From positions 13,928 through 77,927 of the forward strand of contig CAWAAT010000001.1 of assembly GCA_963780175.1 (NCBI GenBank): a stretch of 64,000 bases of DNA, written 5' to 3'. The stretch comes from an uncultured Actinomycetota bacterium (lineage in GTDB: Bacteria; Actinomycetota; Actinomycetes; Propionibacteriales; Propionibacteriaceae). Shown here in pieces: positions 21,102 to 31,260 of this stretch. The stretch's first letter is position 1; each line of letters begins with the position of its first letter. Position numbers and translations under genes: made by a program. Below the pieces are notes generated by a model, which worked only from the letters and a program-made list of their open reading frames with translations, was not told the DNA's origin and ran no database searches.

Positions 21102-21273
21102 CCGTCTGGGCGCCGGTGCCGGGGCGATGTGCTCGGGGTGAGCCTGCAGACTCCTCACGTGAGCAACGTACCCCGACGAGGCTCGGCAGCGCGACGCTGC
21201 CCATGGCGGCTCCGAGCGGGCCCCTCGCTGCGTGTGCCTCCCGGCGTGCGACCGGCCGGTAGAGTCCGGTGGC

Positions 21274-22233
21274 ATGGCGTCCCTGCAGCCGCGACAGCAC
21301 GTGGTGACCATCATCGTCAACCCACGCTCAGGTCACGGGCGCGCCGCTCGCCTGTTGCCCCGCGTGACGAAGGCGCTCAGCGACGCTCTGCCCGATTCCG
21401 AGGTGCGAGTGGTGCGCACGCGGAACTACCCGGACGCCAAGGACCAAGCCCTGGTTGTCGCTACAGCCTCGCGTCCCCCGGACCCTGGCCGGCGTCCCGA
21501 CGTGCTGGTCATGATGGGTGGCGACGGGATGGCCAGCATCGGTCTCAATGCCTGCGCCGGAACCCACCTGCAGCTGGGGGTCATCCCGGCCGGCACCGGC
21601 GACGACTTCGCCCGCGGTGTGGGCATTCCTCGCCACCCCCTGGCCGCGGCGAGGGCGATCGCCGCGGGACGAGCCCGCCGCGTCGACCTCACCCTCGCTG
21701 TCGGACGGATCGCGGACGGCTCTCAGAGACGCTACGTCGGCTCGGTGGTCTCCTCCGGATACGACGCGCTGGTCAACCACCGGGTCAACCACGCCCGCAT
21801 CAACCTGGGCTCAGCGTCATACGCCATGGCGGTGCTGCTGGAGATCGCCCGACTCAGACCGCTCGAATACCGGTTGAGGATCGACGGCCAGCACCGCCAC
21901 GAACAGGCGATTCTGGTTGCCGTAGGTAACGCCGGTTTCGTGGGCGGTGGAATCCACCTGTGCCCCAGGGCCGACCCCTCGGACGGGCTGCTCGACATCA
22001 CCATCATCGGACCGGTGAGCCGATGGACGCTGGTCAGACTGTTCCCTCTGCTGTTCAAGGGGGACTTCATCAACCACCCGGCGATCAGCCACCTGAGGGC
22101 GCGCGAGGTGCTGCTCGACGGCGAGGGTCTGGTACCCATGGCCGACGGCGAGGACCTGGGCGCCACCCCGCTGTTGTTGACCTGCGAGCCCGGCGTCGTC
22201 GAGGTCCTGGTGGGTGCTGAAGATGGCGAGTGA
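21274..22233 (+). CDS. diacylglycerol/lipid kinase catalytic-domain protein (YegS/DagK family)
   Basis: About 320 aa. IIVNPRSG.G and GGDGM motifs. Confidence 0.75.
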   Translation: MASLQPRQHVVTIIVNPRSGHGRAARLLPRVTKALSDALPDSEVRVVRTRNYPDAKDQALVVATASRPPDPGRRPDVLVMMGGDGMASIGLNACAGTHLQLGVIPAGTGDDFARGVGIPRHPLAAARAIAAGRARRVDLTLAVGRIADGSQRRYVGSVVSSGYDALVNHRVNHARINLGSASYAMAVLLEIARLRPLEYRLRIDGQHRHEQAILVAVGNAGFVGGGIHLCPRADPSDGLLDITIIGPVSRWTLVRLFPLLFKGDFINHPAISHLRAREVLLDGEGLVPMADGEDLGATPLLLTCEPGVVEVLVGAEDGE

Positions 22234-24961
22234 GCATGTTCGCGAGTTCGCCGCAGGGTACGAGTTCGCGTTCGACCCGTTCCAGGTCGAGGCGTGTGAG
22301 CGGCTGGCCGCCGGGCACAGCGTGCTGGTGGCCGCGCCCACCGGTTCGGGCAAGACGGTCGTGGGGGAGTTCGCCGTCTGGCTCGCCCTGCGCAGCGGAC
22401 GCAAGTGCTTCTACACCACACCCATCAAGGCCCTGAGCAACCAGAAGTTCCACGATCTGGTCGAGCGGCACGGAGTCGATCGAGTGGGTCTGCTGACCGG
22501 CGACACCTCGGTCAACCCCGAGGCGCAGGTGGTCGTGATGACCACCGAGGTGCTTCGGAACATGATCTACGCCCAGTCGGACACCTTGTCGGGCCTGGGG
22601 TTCGTGGTGATGGACGAGGTGCACTACCTCGCCGACCGGTTCCGTGGGGCGGTCTGGGAGGAGGTCATCCTCGGGCTGGCTGACAGCGTGGCGCTGGTGG
22701 CGTTGTCGGCGACCGTCAGCAACGCCGAGGAGTTCGGCGAGTGGCTCGACGAGGTGCGCTCGGAGGTGGACGTCGTGGTCAGCGAACGGCGTCCGGTGCC
22801 GCTGTACCAGCACGTCCTGGTGGGCCGCCGGCTCTACGACCTGTTCGCCGACCAGGGGCCGACGGCCGCACCGCTGCCCACCACTCGCGCCGACGTCAAC
22901 CCCGACCTGCTGCGGATCGCCCACGAGGAGTCCCGCACGGTTCGCGATGACAGCCGTCGGCCCAGGGGACGCGGCCTGCGGGGCAAGATCGAGTCGCGGC
23001 AGCGCGCCGAGGGACGGGACAGCCCGCGATCGGGGCTGCGTCCGCCGCGTAGGGACGGCGCGGTCGAGGTGCTGGCCGAGCGCGACCTGCTGCCGGCCAT
23101 CTTCTTCATCTTCAGCCGGCAGGGCTGCGACCAGGCGGTGCGCCAGTTGCTGGGCTCGGGTCTGCGCCTGACCACCAGAGCAGAGCACGACCGGCTGCTG
23201 GTGATCGCCGACCGGCACGCCGGGGCGCTGGCCTCCGCAGACAAGAAGGCGTTGGAGTGGGACACCTTCATCGAGGCATTGGGCAGGGGCATCGCCGCGC
23301 ACCACGCCGGTCTGCTGCCCTCGTTCAAGGCGATCGTCGAGGAGGGTTTCGTGCAGGGGCTGATCAAGGTGGTGTTCGCCACCGAGACCCTCGCGCTGGG
23401 CATCAACATGCCGGCCCGGACCGTTGCCCTGGAGAAGCTGGTCAAGTACAACGGCGAGACCCATGCCGAGATCACCCCGGGGGAGTACACGCAGTTGACC
23501 GGTCGGGCCGGGCGGCGTGGCATCGACGTCGAGGGGCACGCGGTGGTCTTCTGGCAGCCCGGTCTGGACCCCCGAGCGCTGGCCGGACTCGCCTCTCGGC
23601 GCACGTACCCGCTGAGGTCGAGCTTCGCCCCTAACTACAACATGGCGGTGAACCTGGTCGGTACGGTGGGCCGTGACCGCGCCCGGGCGCTGCTGGAGCA
23701 GAGTTTCGCGCAGTTCCAGACCGACCGGCGCGTGGTCGCCATGGCCCGTCAGGCCAGTCGCGATGAAGACCAGGCCGCCGGCTACTGGGCGGCCGCGCAG
23801 TGTGAGCGAGGCGACTTCCGCGAGTACGCCGAACTTCGGGAGCAGATCTCCCAGCTGGAGGCCGAGGTGTCGCGGTTGCGTAAGCGTGACCAGCGCGGCG
23901 AGGTTGTCGACTCGATGCTCGAACTGGTGCCGGGTGACGTGATCTGGGTACCCGCGGGCAAACACCTGGGGTGGGCCGCGGTCATCGCGGTCGGAGCGGC
24001 GTCGGCCCCCGAGCCCCGGGTGATGACGGCCGACCGCCAGATCGTCCAGCTGGCCGAGCGAGACGTCGACCAGCCCGTGCGGGCGATCTCGCGGGTCCGG
24101 ATGCCCAAGAAGTTCAACGTGCACTCGGGTGTTGACCGCCGCCAACTGGGCAACGCACTGGCCGGACGCCTGGACGCGTTGGGCAACCAGCCGCCCAGGG
24201 GTTCGCGTCCGCGTCCCGATGCCGAACTCACCGAGCAGATCGCCGCTGCTCGCGCGCGGTTACGGGCCCATCCCTGCCACGACTGCCCCGACCGTGAGGA
24301 GCACGCACGGGTGGCCGAGCAGGCGCTGAGGCTGGGTCGAGACAATCAGCAGCTCAGGGTGCGGGCGAGGGCCCGCACCCAGTCGATAGCCACCCGTTTC
24401 GAGCGGATCTGTGCGGTGCTGGATTCGCTGGGCTACTTGTCCGGCGATCGGGTCACCCCCGAGGGTGCGATGCTCGCGCGCATCTACAACGAACTCGACC
24501 TGGTGGTGGCCGAGTGCATCCGCAACGGCGTCCTGGACGATCTGGGCGTCCCGCAGTTGGCCGCGGTGCTGTCGTCCCTGGTGTACGAGTCCCGAGCGAC
24601 GATGGCAGGCCAACTTCACCGGATGCCGGATAGGGCGAGCGAAGCCGCCCAGTCGCGGGTCCGGACCATCTGGCGCGACATCGGCCAGGTGGAGCGCGAC
24701 AACCGGGTTGACCGCAGTCCCGCCCCCGACATCGGATTCGCCGAGGCGGCGTTCGACTGGGCGTCCGGCCTGGGTCTGGCGGTGGTGCTTGAGCGCACCC
24801 CCTTGCCGGCAGGTGATTTCGTCCGATGGGTACGCCAGGTGATAGACCTGGCCGGCCAGATCGCCCAGGCCCCAGGGGTGGGGACGCTGTCGCGCACGTG
24901 TCGGCAATTGGTTGCCGCCATGCGCCGCGACATCGTGTCATTCGATCCCGACGAGGACTGA
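22214..24961 (+). CDS. helY: Ski2-like DEAD/DEAH-box helicase HelY
   Basis: 915 aa. Walker A APTGSGKT, DEVH box, SAT motif, HHAG and a C-terminal HelY-like region. The start could be GTG at 22214 or ATG at 22223. Confidence 0.9.
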   Translation: MLKMASEHVREFAAGYEFAFDPFQVEACERLAAGHSVLVAAPTGSGKTVVGEFAVWLALRSGRKCFYTTPIKALSNQKFHDLVERHGVDRVGLLTGDTSVNPEAQVVVMTTEVLRNMIYAQSDTLSGLGFVVMDEVHYLADRFRGAVWEEVILGLADSVALVALSATVSNAEEFGEWLDEVRSEVDVVVSERRPVPLYQHVLVGRRLYDLFADQGPTAAPLPTTRADVNPDLLRIAHEESRTVRDDSRRPRGRGLRGKIESRQRAEGRDSPRSGLRPPRRDGAVEVLAERDLLPAIFFIFSRQGCDQAVRQLLGSGLRLTTRAEHDRLLVIADRHAGALASADKKALEWDTFIEALGRGIAAHHAGLLPSFKAIVEEGFVQGLIKVVFATETLALGINMPARTVALEKLVKYNGETHAEITPGEYTQLTGRAGRRGIDVEGHAVVFWQPGLDPRALAGLASRRTYPLRSSFAPNYNMAVNLVGTVGRDRARALLEQSFAQFQTDRRVVAMARQASRDEDQAAGYWAAAQCERGDFREYAELREQISQLEAEVSRLRKRDQRGEVVDSMLELVPGDVIWVPAGKHLGWAAVIAVGAASAPEPRVMTADRQIVQLAERDVDQPVRAISRVRMPKKFNVHSGVDRRQLGNALAGRLDALGNQPPRGSRPRPDAELTEQIAAARARLRAHPCHDCPDREEHARVAEQALRLGRDNQQLRVRARARTQSIATRFERICAVLDSLGYLSGDRVTPEGAMLARIYNELDLVVAECIRNGVLDDLGVPQLAAVLSSLVYESRATMAGQLHRMPDRASEAAQSRVRTIWRDIGQVERDNRVDRSPAPDIGFAEAAFDWASGLGLAVVLERTPLPAGDFVRWVRQVIDLAGQIAQAPGVGTLSRTCRQLVAAMRRDIVSFDPDED

Positions 24962-25157
24962 CTCAGGGCGCGCCGACGAGGAACGGGAATGCAGCACGTC
25001 AGATCGTGTTCACCGGCACTCAAGCCCCCGGATAAACCAGCTGGCGTGCCAGATTCCCCATCTCCTGCCAGCGCCACCGGCCCGGACGGACGAAGCCTCA
25101 CCGCACCCCTGTGGATAACTCGCGGGTGTGGTCCGCCGAAGCGTGCAGACTCCCTCC

Positions 25158-26024
25158 ATGCAACCCCAGCTTGTCGAACTGCTTGCCACCCAGCCCCTCC
25201 TGATCAGAAGAGATCTGCCGCTACAACTGGCCCGATCGATCGACCACGCCTTGACCCGCGGCGAACTGCGGCAGGTCATGCCCGGGATCTACTGTGCCGC
25301 AAGCACCGACCCGATCGCTTGGCGGATTGCCGCCCTGGCCGCCTGTGCATACCTGGAGGACGCTGTGGTCACCGGCGACGTTGCAGCCGCGCTGAGCTTC
25401 GCGCCAGATCGTCCTGTCCGCCGGGTCGAGGCAGCTCACCGCAACCCGGTCAGGGCGAGAGGACCGGTGTTCTGGCATCGCGGGTCGATCCCGCCGGAGT
25501 GGATCTGCGAGGCCGGCGCCTTGCGCATCACCCACCCCGCTTGGACAGCAGTGGATATCTGTGGCCGGGGGGACAGCGCCATCCTCGACACCGCACTGCG
25601 CTGCGGGGTCGGGTTGGAGAACCTCTGGCGGGCCTTCGCTGACATGCCGGCCCGGAAGGGGAATCCGATCAGGCACCAACTGCTAACGGAATCCCGCGAT
25701 GAGCCATGGAGCGCAGCCGAAAGACTTGCGCATCAGATCCTCCGGAAGGCCGGGATCAGCGGTTGGCGGACCAACGTCCCGATCGGCGACTACGTTGCCG
25801 ACATCGCCTGGCCACATGAACGCGTCATCCTGGAGGTTGATGGCTACGAGTTTCACTCTGGCCCTGCCCAGTTCCAGAGCGACCGGTTGCGTGACCAGAC
25901 ACTGATCGCACAGGGCTGGGTGGTCATCCGCGTCACGTGGGCTCAACTCACGGGCGATCTCGACGGCTTCCTGCGCCGACTGCGGGGGGCGCTGCGACTC
26001 CGTCGAGGACAAGTGGCCGCCTGA
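25158..26024 (+). CDS. DUF559 (Vsr-like endonuclease-fold) domain protein
   Basis: C-terminal VADIAWPHERVILEVDGYEFHSG.....D..RD..L...GW.V.R motif typical of DUF559. Confidence 0.7.
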   Translation: MQPQLVELLATQPLLIRRDLPLQLARSIDHALTRGELRQVMPGIYCAASTDPIAWRIAALAACAYLEDAVVTGDVAAALSFAPDRPVRRVEAAHRNPVRARGPVFWHRGSIPPEWICEAGALRITHPAWTAVDICGRGDSAILDTALRCGVGLENLWRAFADMPARKGNPIRHQLLTESRDEPWSAAERLAHQILRKAGISGWRTNVPIGDYVADIAWPHERVILEVDGYEFHSGPAQFQSDRLRDQTLIAQGWVVIRVTWAQLTGDLDGFLRRLRGALRLRRGQVAA

Positions 26025-26173
26025 CAATCGGGAAAATGGCACGCCAGATCGGCTCAGGCGAGCAATCGAGGCCGCCACCGTCATCTGGAGGGCCAGAATC
26101 CCGATCAGCGCCGCCAGAACGCCTGACAGAACCAGGACCGGCCCCAACCCTGTGGTGCCACTATCCTTGAGCC

Positions 26174-26942
26174 GTGACTGTGGCCATCCGGGTGATCCCG
26201 TGTCTTGACGTGACCGATGGACGGGTGGTCAAGGGCGTGAACTTCGCCAACCTGCGTGACGCCGGTGACCCGGTGGAGTTCGCCGCGCGCTACAACGAGG
26301 AGGGCGCCGACGAGATCACCTTCCTCGACATTTCCGCCTCGGCCCGGGGTCGGCAGACCACCCGTGAGGTCGTCACCCGCTGCGCCGAGACGGTCTTCAT
26401 CCCGTTGACGGTCGGAGGAGGGGTACGCGACGTCGCCGACGTCGACGCGCTGTTGCGCTGCGGGGCAGACAAGGTCGGCATCAACACCGGCGCGATCGCG
26501 CGTCCCGAATCCATCAACGAGATCACCGGACGCTTCGGCAACCAGGTGCTGGTGCTCAGCCTCGACGCGCGCCGTGAGATGGGGATGCCGTCGGGTTTCG
26601 GGGTCACCACCCACGGCGGCCAGCGGTCCGCCGGTCTGGACGCGCTGGCCTGGGCGACGGGAAGCCGTCGATCGCGGGGTCGGGGAGGTGTTGCTCAACT
26701 CGATGGACGCCGACGGGACCACGGACGGCTTCGACCTCGAGATGATCGAAGCGGTTCGCGCCGTCGTCGACGTCCCGCTGATCGCCTCGGGCGGTGCCGG
26801 AACAGCCGATCACTTCGTTGACGCTGCCAGAGCAGGAGCAGATGCCGTGCTGGCGGCCAGTGTCTTCCATTTCGGCACGCTGACCATCGGGGCGGTCAAG
26901 CAGGCCCTGGCAGAGGCCGGCTTCCCTGTTCGGTTCCGCTGA
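26174..26942 (+). CDS. hisF: imidazole glycerol phosphate synthase cyclase subunit HisF, interrupted by a +1 frameshift near 26657
   Basis: The N-terminal 160 aa (VIPCLDV..GRVVKG, DEI.FLDI) run in one frame. The C-terminus ([18 protein letters not shown]...ASGGAG) continues in the ORF starting at 26574, which is in another frame. An extra base lies in GCGACGGGAA. Confidence 0.8.
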
Positions 26943-27105
26943 CCAAGGTTCAGCTGAACAAACAGCGGCCCACCGGTCGTCCCACATGGTGGGACAGCGT
27001 TGGCCACCCGTTGGGTTCACGTGTCATGATTGCCGCGTGTTCATCCGACAGGGACTCGTAATTGGCTAAGCGCTTCGTCAGCATCACGACGGAGCGCTCC
27101 CTCGC

Positions 27106-27139
27106 CTGCCAACTCCATGGCAGCGGGGGTTTTTTGTTG
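27106..27139 (+). terminator. hairpin plus T-run; a hisF terminator and/or an ilvB leader attenuator
   Basis: CTGCCA-actcca-TGGCAG followed by CGGGGGTTTTTTGTTG, 45 bp upstream of ilvB. Confidence 0.55.
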
Positions 27140-27181
27140 CTGCAGAACCTGTTATTCCTACAACACTGAAAGGATTCGCCG

Positions 27182-28930
27182 ATGGTCAAGCAGCCAACGG
27201 ATCTGCCGATCATGACGGGCGCTCAAGCGCTCGTGGCCTCGTTGGAGCGCTGCGGGGTAGAGGTGGCCTTCGGAATCCCCGGCGGAGCCATTCTCCCGCT
27301 CTACGACCCCTTGTTCGACTCGTCGATCCGACACATCCTGGTCCGCCACGAGCAGGGCGCCGGGCATGCCGCCGAGGGCTACGCGACGGCTACGGGACGC
27401 GTCGGGGTCTGCATAGCCACCTCTGGGCCGGGTGCGACGAACCTGGTGACCGCGATCGCCGATGCCTATCTGGACTCCGTGCCGATCGTGGCCATCACCG
27501 GTCAGGTCAACTCCAGCTTCATCGGCACCGACGCCTTCCAGGAGGCTGACATCCGCGGCATCACGATGCCCATCACCAAGCACAACTTCCTGATCAAGCG
27601 CACCGAGGACATCCCTGAGGCGATCAAGGCCGCCTTCCACATCGCCGCAACGGGGCGACCCGGCCCCGTGCTCGTCGACATCGCCAAGGACGCCCTGGCA
27701 GGCAGCGCACCGTTCGACTACGACGACGAGATCTCGTTGCCTGGATACAAGCCGACTGCGCAGCCGCACAGCCGCCAGATCAGGCAGGCGGCGAAGTTGA
27801 TCTGCCAGGCCAAGCGGCCGGTGCTCTACATCGGCGGGGGCGTCATCAAGGCTCGCGCCTGGCAGGAGTTGGCCGACCTGGTCGAGCTCACCGACATCCC
27901 CGTGGTCACCACGTTGATGGCTCGAGGTGCGATCCCGGACGCTCATCCGATGAATATGGGAATGCCCGGGATGCACGGAACTGTGGCAGCGGTGGGCGCG
28001 CTGCAGAAGTCAGATCTGCTCATCGCGGTGGGCACCCGCTTCGACGATCGTGTGACCGGCAAGCTGTCCACGTTTGCACCAGATGCGAAGGTGATCCACG
28101 CCGACATCGATCCGGCAGAGATCGGCAAGAACCGTGCGGTCGACATCCCGATCGTCGGTGACGCCAAGGTCTTCCTCAGTGGGCTGATCGAGGCCTTGCG
28201 TCACGAGCAGGTGCCTGACTGGCCGGGCTGGGGCGACTATCTCCAGGGCCTCAAGAAGCGCTACGCGGTGGGCTGGACTGAGCCTGATGATGGCAAGCTC
28301 ACCCCGCAGCACGTCATCAAGCGGCTCGGCGAGATCGTCGGCCCGGATGCGATCTACGTGACTGGCGTCGGGCAGCACCAGATGTGGTCCTCCCACTTCC
28401 TGCCGTTCGATCGTCCGGCCAAGTGGCTGACCTCGGGAGGCGCCGGGACGATGGGATACTGCGTTCCTGCGGCCATGGGCGCCAAGGTCGGGGCCCCTGA
28501 GCAGGTGGTCTGGGGTATTGACGGCGACGGCTGTTTCCAGATGACCAACCAGGAACTCGTCACCTGCGCCCTCAACAACATCCCGATCAAGATTGCGATC
28601 ATCAACAACAACGTGCTCGGCATGGTTCGCCAGTGGCAGACGCTGTTCTACGGCGAGCGGTACTCCAACACCAGCCTGCAGAGCGACCGGCTGCCGAACT
28701 TCCCGTTGCTGGCTGAGGCAATGGGGTGCGTCGGGCTGCGGGCCACCCGGCCCGAGGAGGTGGATGACGTCATCAACCAGGCCATGGCGATCAACGATCG
28801 TCCGGTGGTTGTCGAGTTCGTCTGCCACAAGGACGCCATGGTGTGGCCGATGGTGGCAGCTGGCACCAGCAACGACGACATCAAGATCGCCCGCGACATG
28901 GCGCCGGCGTGGGAGGAGGAGGACCTGTGA
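27182..28930 (+). CDS. ilvB: acetolactate synthase large subunit
   Basis: 582 aa. ThDP-binding GDG...NN motif. Full-length acetohydroxyacid synthase large subunit. Confidence 0.95.
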   Translation: MVKQPTDLPIMTGAQALVASLERCGVEVAFGIPGGAILPLYDPLFDSSIRHILVRHEQGAGHAAEGYATATGRVGVCIATSGPGATNLVTAIADAYLDSVPIVAITGQVNSSFIGTDAFQEADIRGITMPITKHNFLIKRTEDIPEAIKAAFHIAATGRPGPVLVDIAKDALAGSAPFDYDDEISLPGYKPTAQPHSRQIRQAAKLICQAKRPVLYIGGGVIKARAWQELADLVELTDIPVVTTLMARGAIPDAHPMNMGMPGMHGTVAAVGALQKSDLLIAVGTRFDDRVTGKLSTFAPDAKVIHADIDPAEIGKNRAVDIPIVGDAKVFLSGLIEALRHEQVPDWPGWGDYLQGLKKRYAVGWTEPDDGKLTPQHVIKRLGEIVGPDAIYVTGVGQHQMWSSHFLPFDRPAKWLTSGGAGTMGYCVPAAMGAKVGAPEQVVWGIDGDGCFQMTNQELVTCALNNIPIKIAIINNNVLGMVRQWQTLFYGERYSNTSLQSDRLPNFPLLAEAMGCVGLRATRPEEVDDVINQAMAINDRPVVVEFVCHKDAMVWPMVAAGTSNDDIKIARDMAPAWEEEDL

Positions 28931-29448
28931 GCACTCATACCCTGAGCGTCCTTGTCGAGAACAATCCAGGTGTCCTGGCGCGGATCTCGAGCCTGTTCAG
29001 CCGGCGCGGGTTCAACATCGAGTCACTGGCTGTCGGCCCGACAGAGCGCTCCGACATCTCACGTGTCACGCTGGTGACCACTGTTGACGATCCCCGCACC
29101 CTGGAGCAGCTTGTCAAGCAGTTGAACAAGCTTCTCGAGGTGTACAAGATCCTCGAGTTGGAGCCCAACTCGGTGCAGCGAGAACTGATTCTCATCAAGG
29201 TTCGCTGCAACGACCACAATCGCAGTGCGGTCATCGACGTTGTCGGCCTCTTCCGAGGTAAGGCCGTCGATGTTGGCCCCGACTCGGTAACGGTTGAAGC
29301 GACCGGCAGCACCGACAAGCTGGCGGCACTGGTCACCATGCTCGAACCTTATGGAATCATCGAACTCGTGAAGTCGGGTCAGGTCGCACTCGGCCGCGGC
29401 AACAAGTCAATCAACGAGAAGAACCGTCCCGCCCTGCGGGCGCACTGA
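28927..29448 (+). CDS. ilvN: acetolactate synthase small (regulatory) subunit
   Basis: GTG start overlapping the ilvB stop. Begins [34 protein letters not shown] (ACT domain). Confidence 0.9.
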   Translation: MSTHTLSVLVENNPGVLARISSLFSRRGFNIESLAVGPTERSDISRVTLVTTVDDPRTLEQLVKQLNKLLEVYKILELEPNSVQRELILIKVRCNDHNRSAVIDVVGLFRGKAVDVGPDSVTVEATGSTDKLAALVTMLEPYGIIELVKSGQVALGRGNKSINEKNRPALRAH

Positions 29449-29465
29449 GCAACGAAGGAGTTCCC

Positions 29466-30494
29466 ATGGCAGAGATGTTCTACGAGGACGACGCCGATCT
29501 GGCTGTCATCCAGGACCGCAGTGTTGCCGTCATCGGCTACGGCTCGCAGGGCCACGCTCATGCGCTCAACCTGCGCGACTCAGGCGTGGACGTGCGCGTT
29601 GGGCTGGCCGAGAACAGCAAGTCGCGCGCCAAGGCAGAGGCCGAGGGTCTGCGAGTGGTCACACCGGCCCAGGCTGCTGCCGAGGCTGACGTCATCATGA
29701 TCCTGGTTCCGGACCAGGTGCAGCGCCACGTCTACGCCGACGAGATCGCCCCCAACCTCAAGCCCGGGGACGCCATCTTCTTCGCGCACGGCTTCAACAT
29801 CCGTTATGGCTACATCACCGCACCCGAAGGGGTCGACGTCTGCATGGTCGCCCCCAAGGGGCCTGGTCACATCGTGCGTCGGGAGTTCAGCGACGGACGC
29901 GGTGTCCCGGTGCTGGTCTGCGTCGAGCAGGACGCCTCGGGCGACGCGTGGGAGCTCGCCAAGAGTTATGCCAAGGCCATCGGCGGTCTGCGCGCGGGCG
30001 GAATCAAGACCACCTTCACTGAGGAGACCGAGACTGACCTCTTCGGCGAGCAGGCTGTGCTGTGTGGCGGCATGTCTCACCTGGTGCAGGCCGGATTCGA
30101 GACCCTCGTCGAGGCCGGCTACCAGCCCGAGATGGCCTATTTCGAGTGCCTGCACGAGCTCAAGATGATCGTCGACCTGATGATCGAGGGCGGTATCTCC
30201 AAGCAGCGCTGGAGCATCTCGGACACCGCCGAGTACGGCGACTACGTCTCGGGCCCGCGGATCATCGACGCCCACGTCAAGCAGAACCTCAAGGCGGTGC
30301 TGGATGACATTCAGACCGGCGCCTTCGCCAAGCGCTTCATCGAAGACCAGGACGCCGGAGCCCCCGAGTTCAACAGTCTCCGCGAAGCCGAGGCCGGTCA
30401 CCCGATCGAGGCCACCGGACGCGAACTGCGCAAGATGTTCAGCTGGCTGAAGAACGCCGACTCCGACTACGTCGAGGGCAGCGCGGCTCGCTGA
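29466..30494 (+). CDS. ilvC: ketol-acid reductoisomerase
   Basis: 342 aa. Good ribosome-binding site. [17 protein letters not shown] Rossmann motif. Confidence 0.95.
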   Translation: MAEMFYEDDADLAVIQDRSVAVIGYGSQGHAHALNLRDSGVDVRVGLAENSKSRAKAEAEGLRVVTPAQAAAEADVIMILVPDQVQRHVYADEIAPNLKPGDAIFFAHGFNIRYGYITAPEGVDVCMVAPKGPGHIVRREFSDGRGVPVLVCVEQDASGDAWELAKSYAKAIGGLRAGGIKTTFTEETETDLFGEQAVLCGGMSHLVQAGFETLVEAGYQPEMAYFECLHELKMIVDLMIEGGISKQRWSISDTAEYGDYVSGPRIIDAHVKQNLKAVLDDIQTGAFAKRFIEDQDAGAPEFNSLREAEAGHPIEATGRELRKMFSWLKNADSDYVEGSAAR

Positions 30495-30512
30495 GACCAC
30501 CGCTCACGCTTC

Positions 30513-30546
30513 GACGGCCCTGGGGAGACTTCCCCGGGGCCGTCGG
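30513..30546 (+). terminator. GC-rich hairpin after ilvC
   Basis: CGACGGCCCTGGGGAG-actt-CCCCGGGGCCGTCG, an imperfect long stem with no T-run. Confidence 0.45.
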
Positions 30547-30600
30547 GCGTTGGGGGATGACTTCTAGGATGGAGTGAATCCGGAAGGCGGGTGGGGTGTG

Positions 30601-31156
30601 ATGACGGTCTTCTTCGTGATCGGCGGCATCGGCATAACGCTGCTGCTCGTCGCCCTGTTCGTGGGCGACGTGCTGGAGGGTGCGCTGGGCTTCGACGGCA
30701 TCGACTCCCTGAACGCGCTCGACTCGGATCTGTTCTCCACAGCTGGCATCGCCGGCCTGTTGGGGGGTTTCGGTTTTGCGGGGGCCATCGGCCTGGTCAC
30801 CACGGGGAGCATGCTGGTGGCCATCATCGCCGGGCTGGTGACCGGCATCGCACTGGGCTGGATGGCGGGCAAGCTCACCCGGGTGCTGCGCCGTCAGGGC
30901 TCAGACGTCGCACCCAACACCAGCGCCCTGATCGGTCTCGAGGCGCACGTCATCACCGCGGTGCCCGACGGCGGCTACGGGCAGGTGCGACTTCGTCATG
31001 GTGGGCACACCTACACCCTCAACGCCAAGGCCCCCGTCGCCGCTGGACGCGGGCTCACGGGTGTGGATCTCTGGCGTCCTGTCGGCGACGTCGGTCGAGG
31101 TCCTGCCGGTGGACGCGTTGGGCGGCGGGACGCGTCCTGCGGCCATCGACGTGTGA
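30601..31156 (+). CDS. NfeD-family membrane protein (YuaF/YqiJ-like, partner of flotillin), with an apparent frameshift near 31040
   Basis: N-terminal transmembrane block (MTVFFVIGGIGITLLLVALFVG...). The classical NfeD beta-barrel C-terminus (RVWISGVLSATSVEVLPVD) is found in the +1 frame and ends at TGA 31154-31156. Confidence 0.65.
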
Positions 31157-31260
31157 GGTCCCCCGCACCGGGGATCTGCGCGCGGCCATCGTCGAGGCGA
31201 CGTGTTTCCCGCCCCGGTAGGCTGGTCGTCACGAACCCACGAACTTAGGAGCTCTGTCTG

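Noticed and set aside
26943-27181. Candidate ilvB leader peptide ORFs (for example MIAACSSDRDS at 27026)
   Set aside because: No short ORF with consecutive Ile/Val/Leu codons positioned to control the hairpin. The attenuation model is kept only as a possibility.
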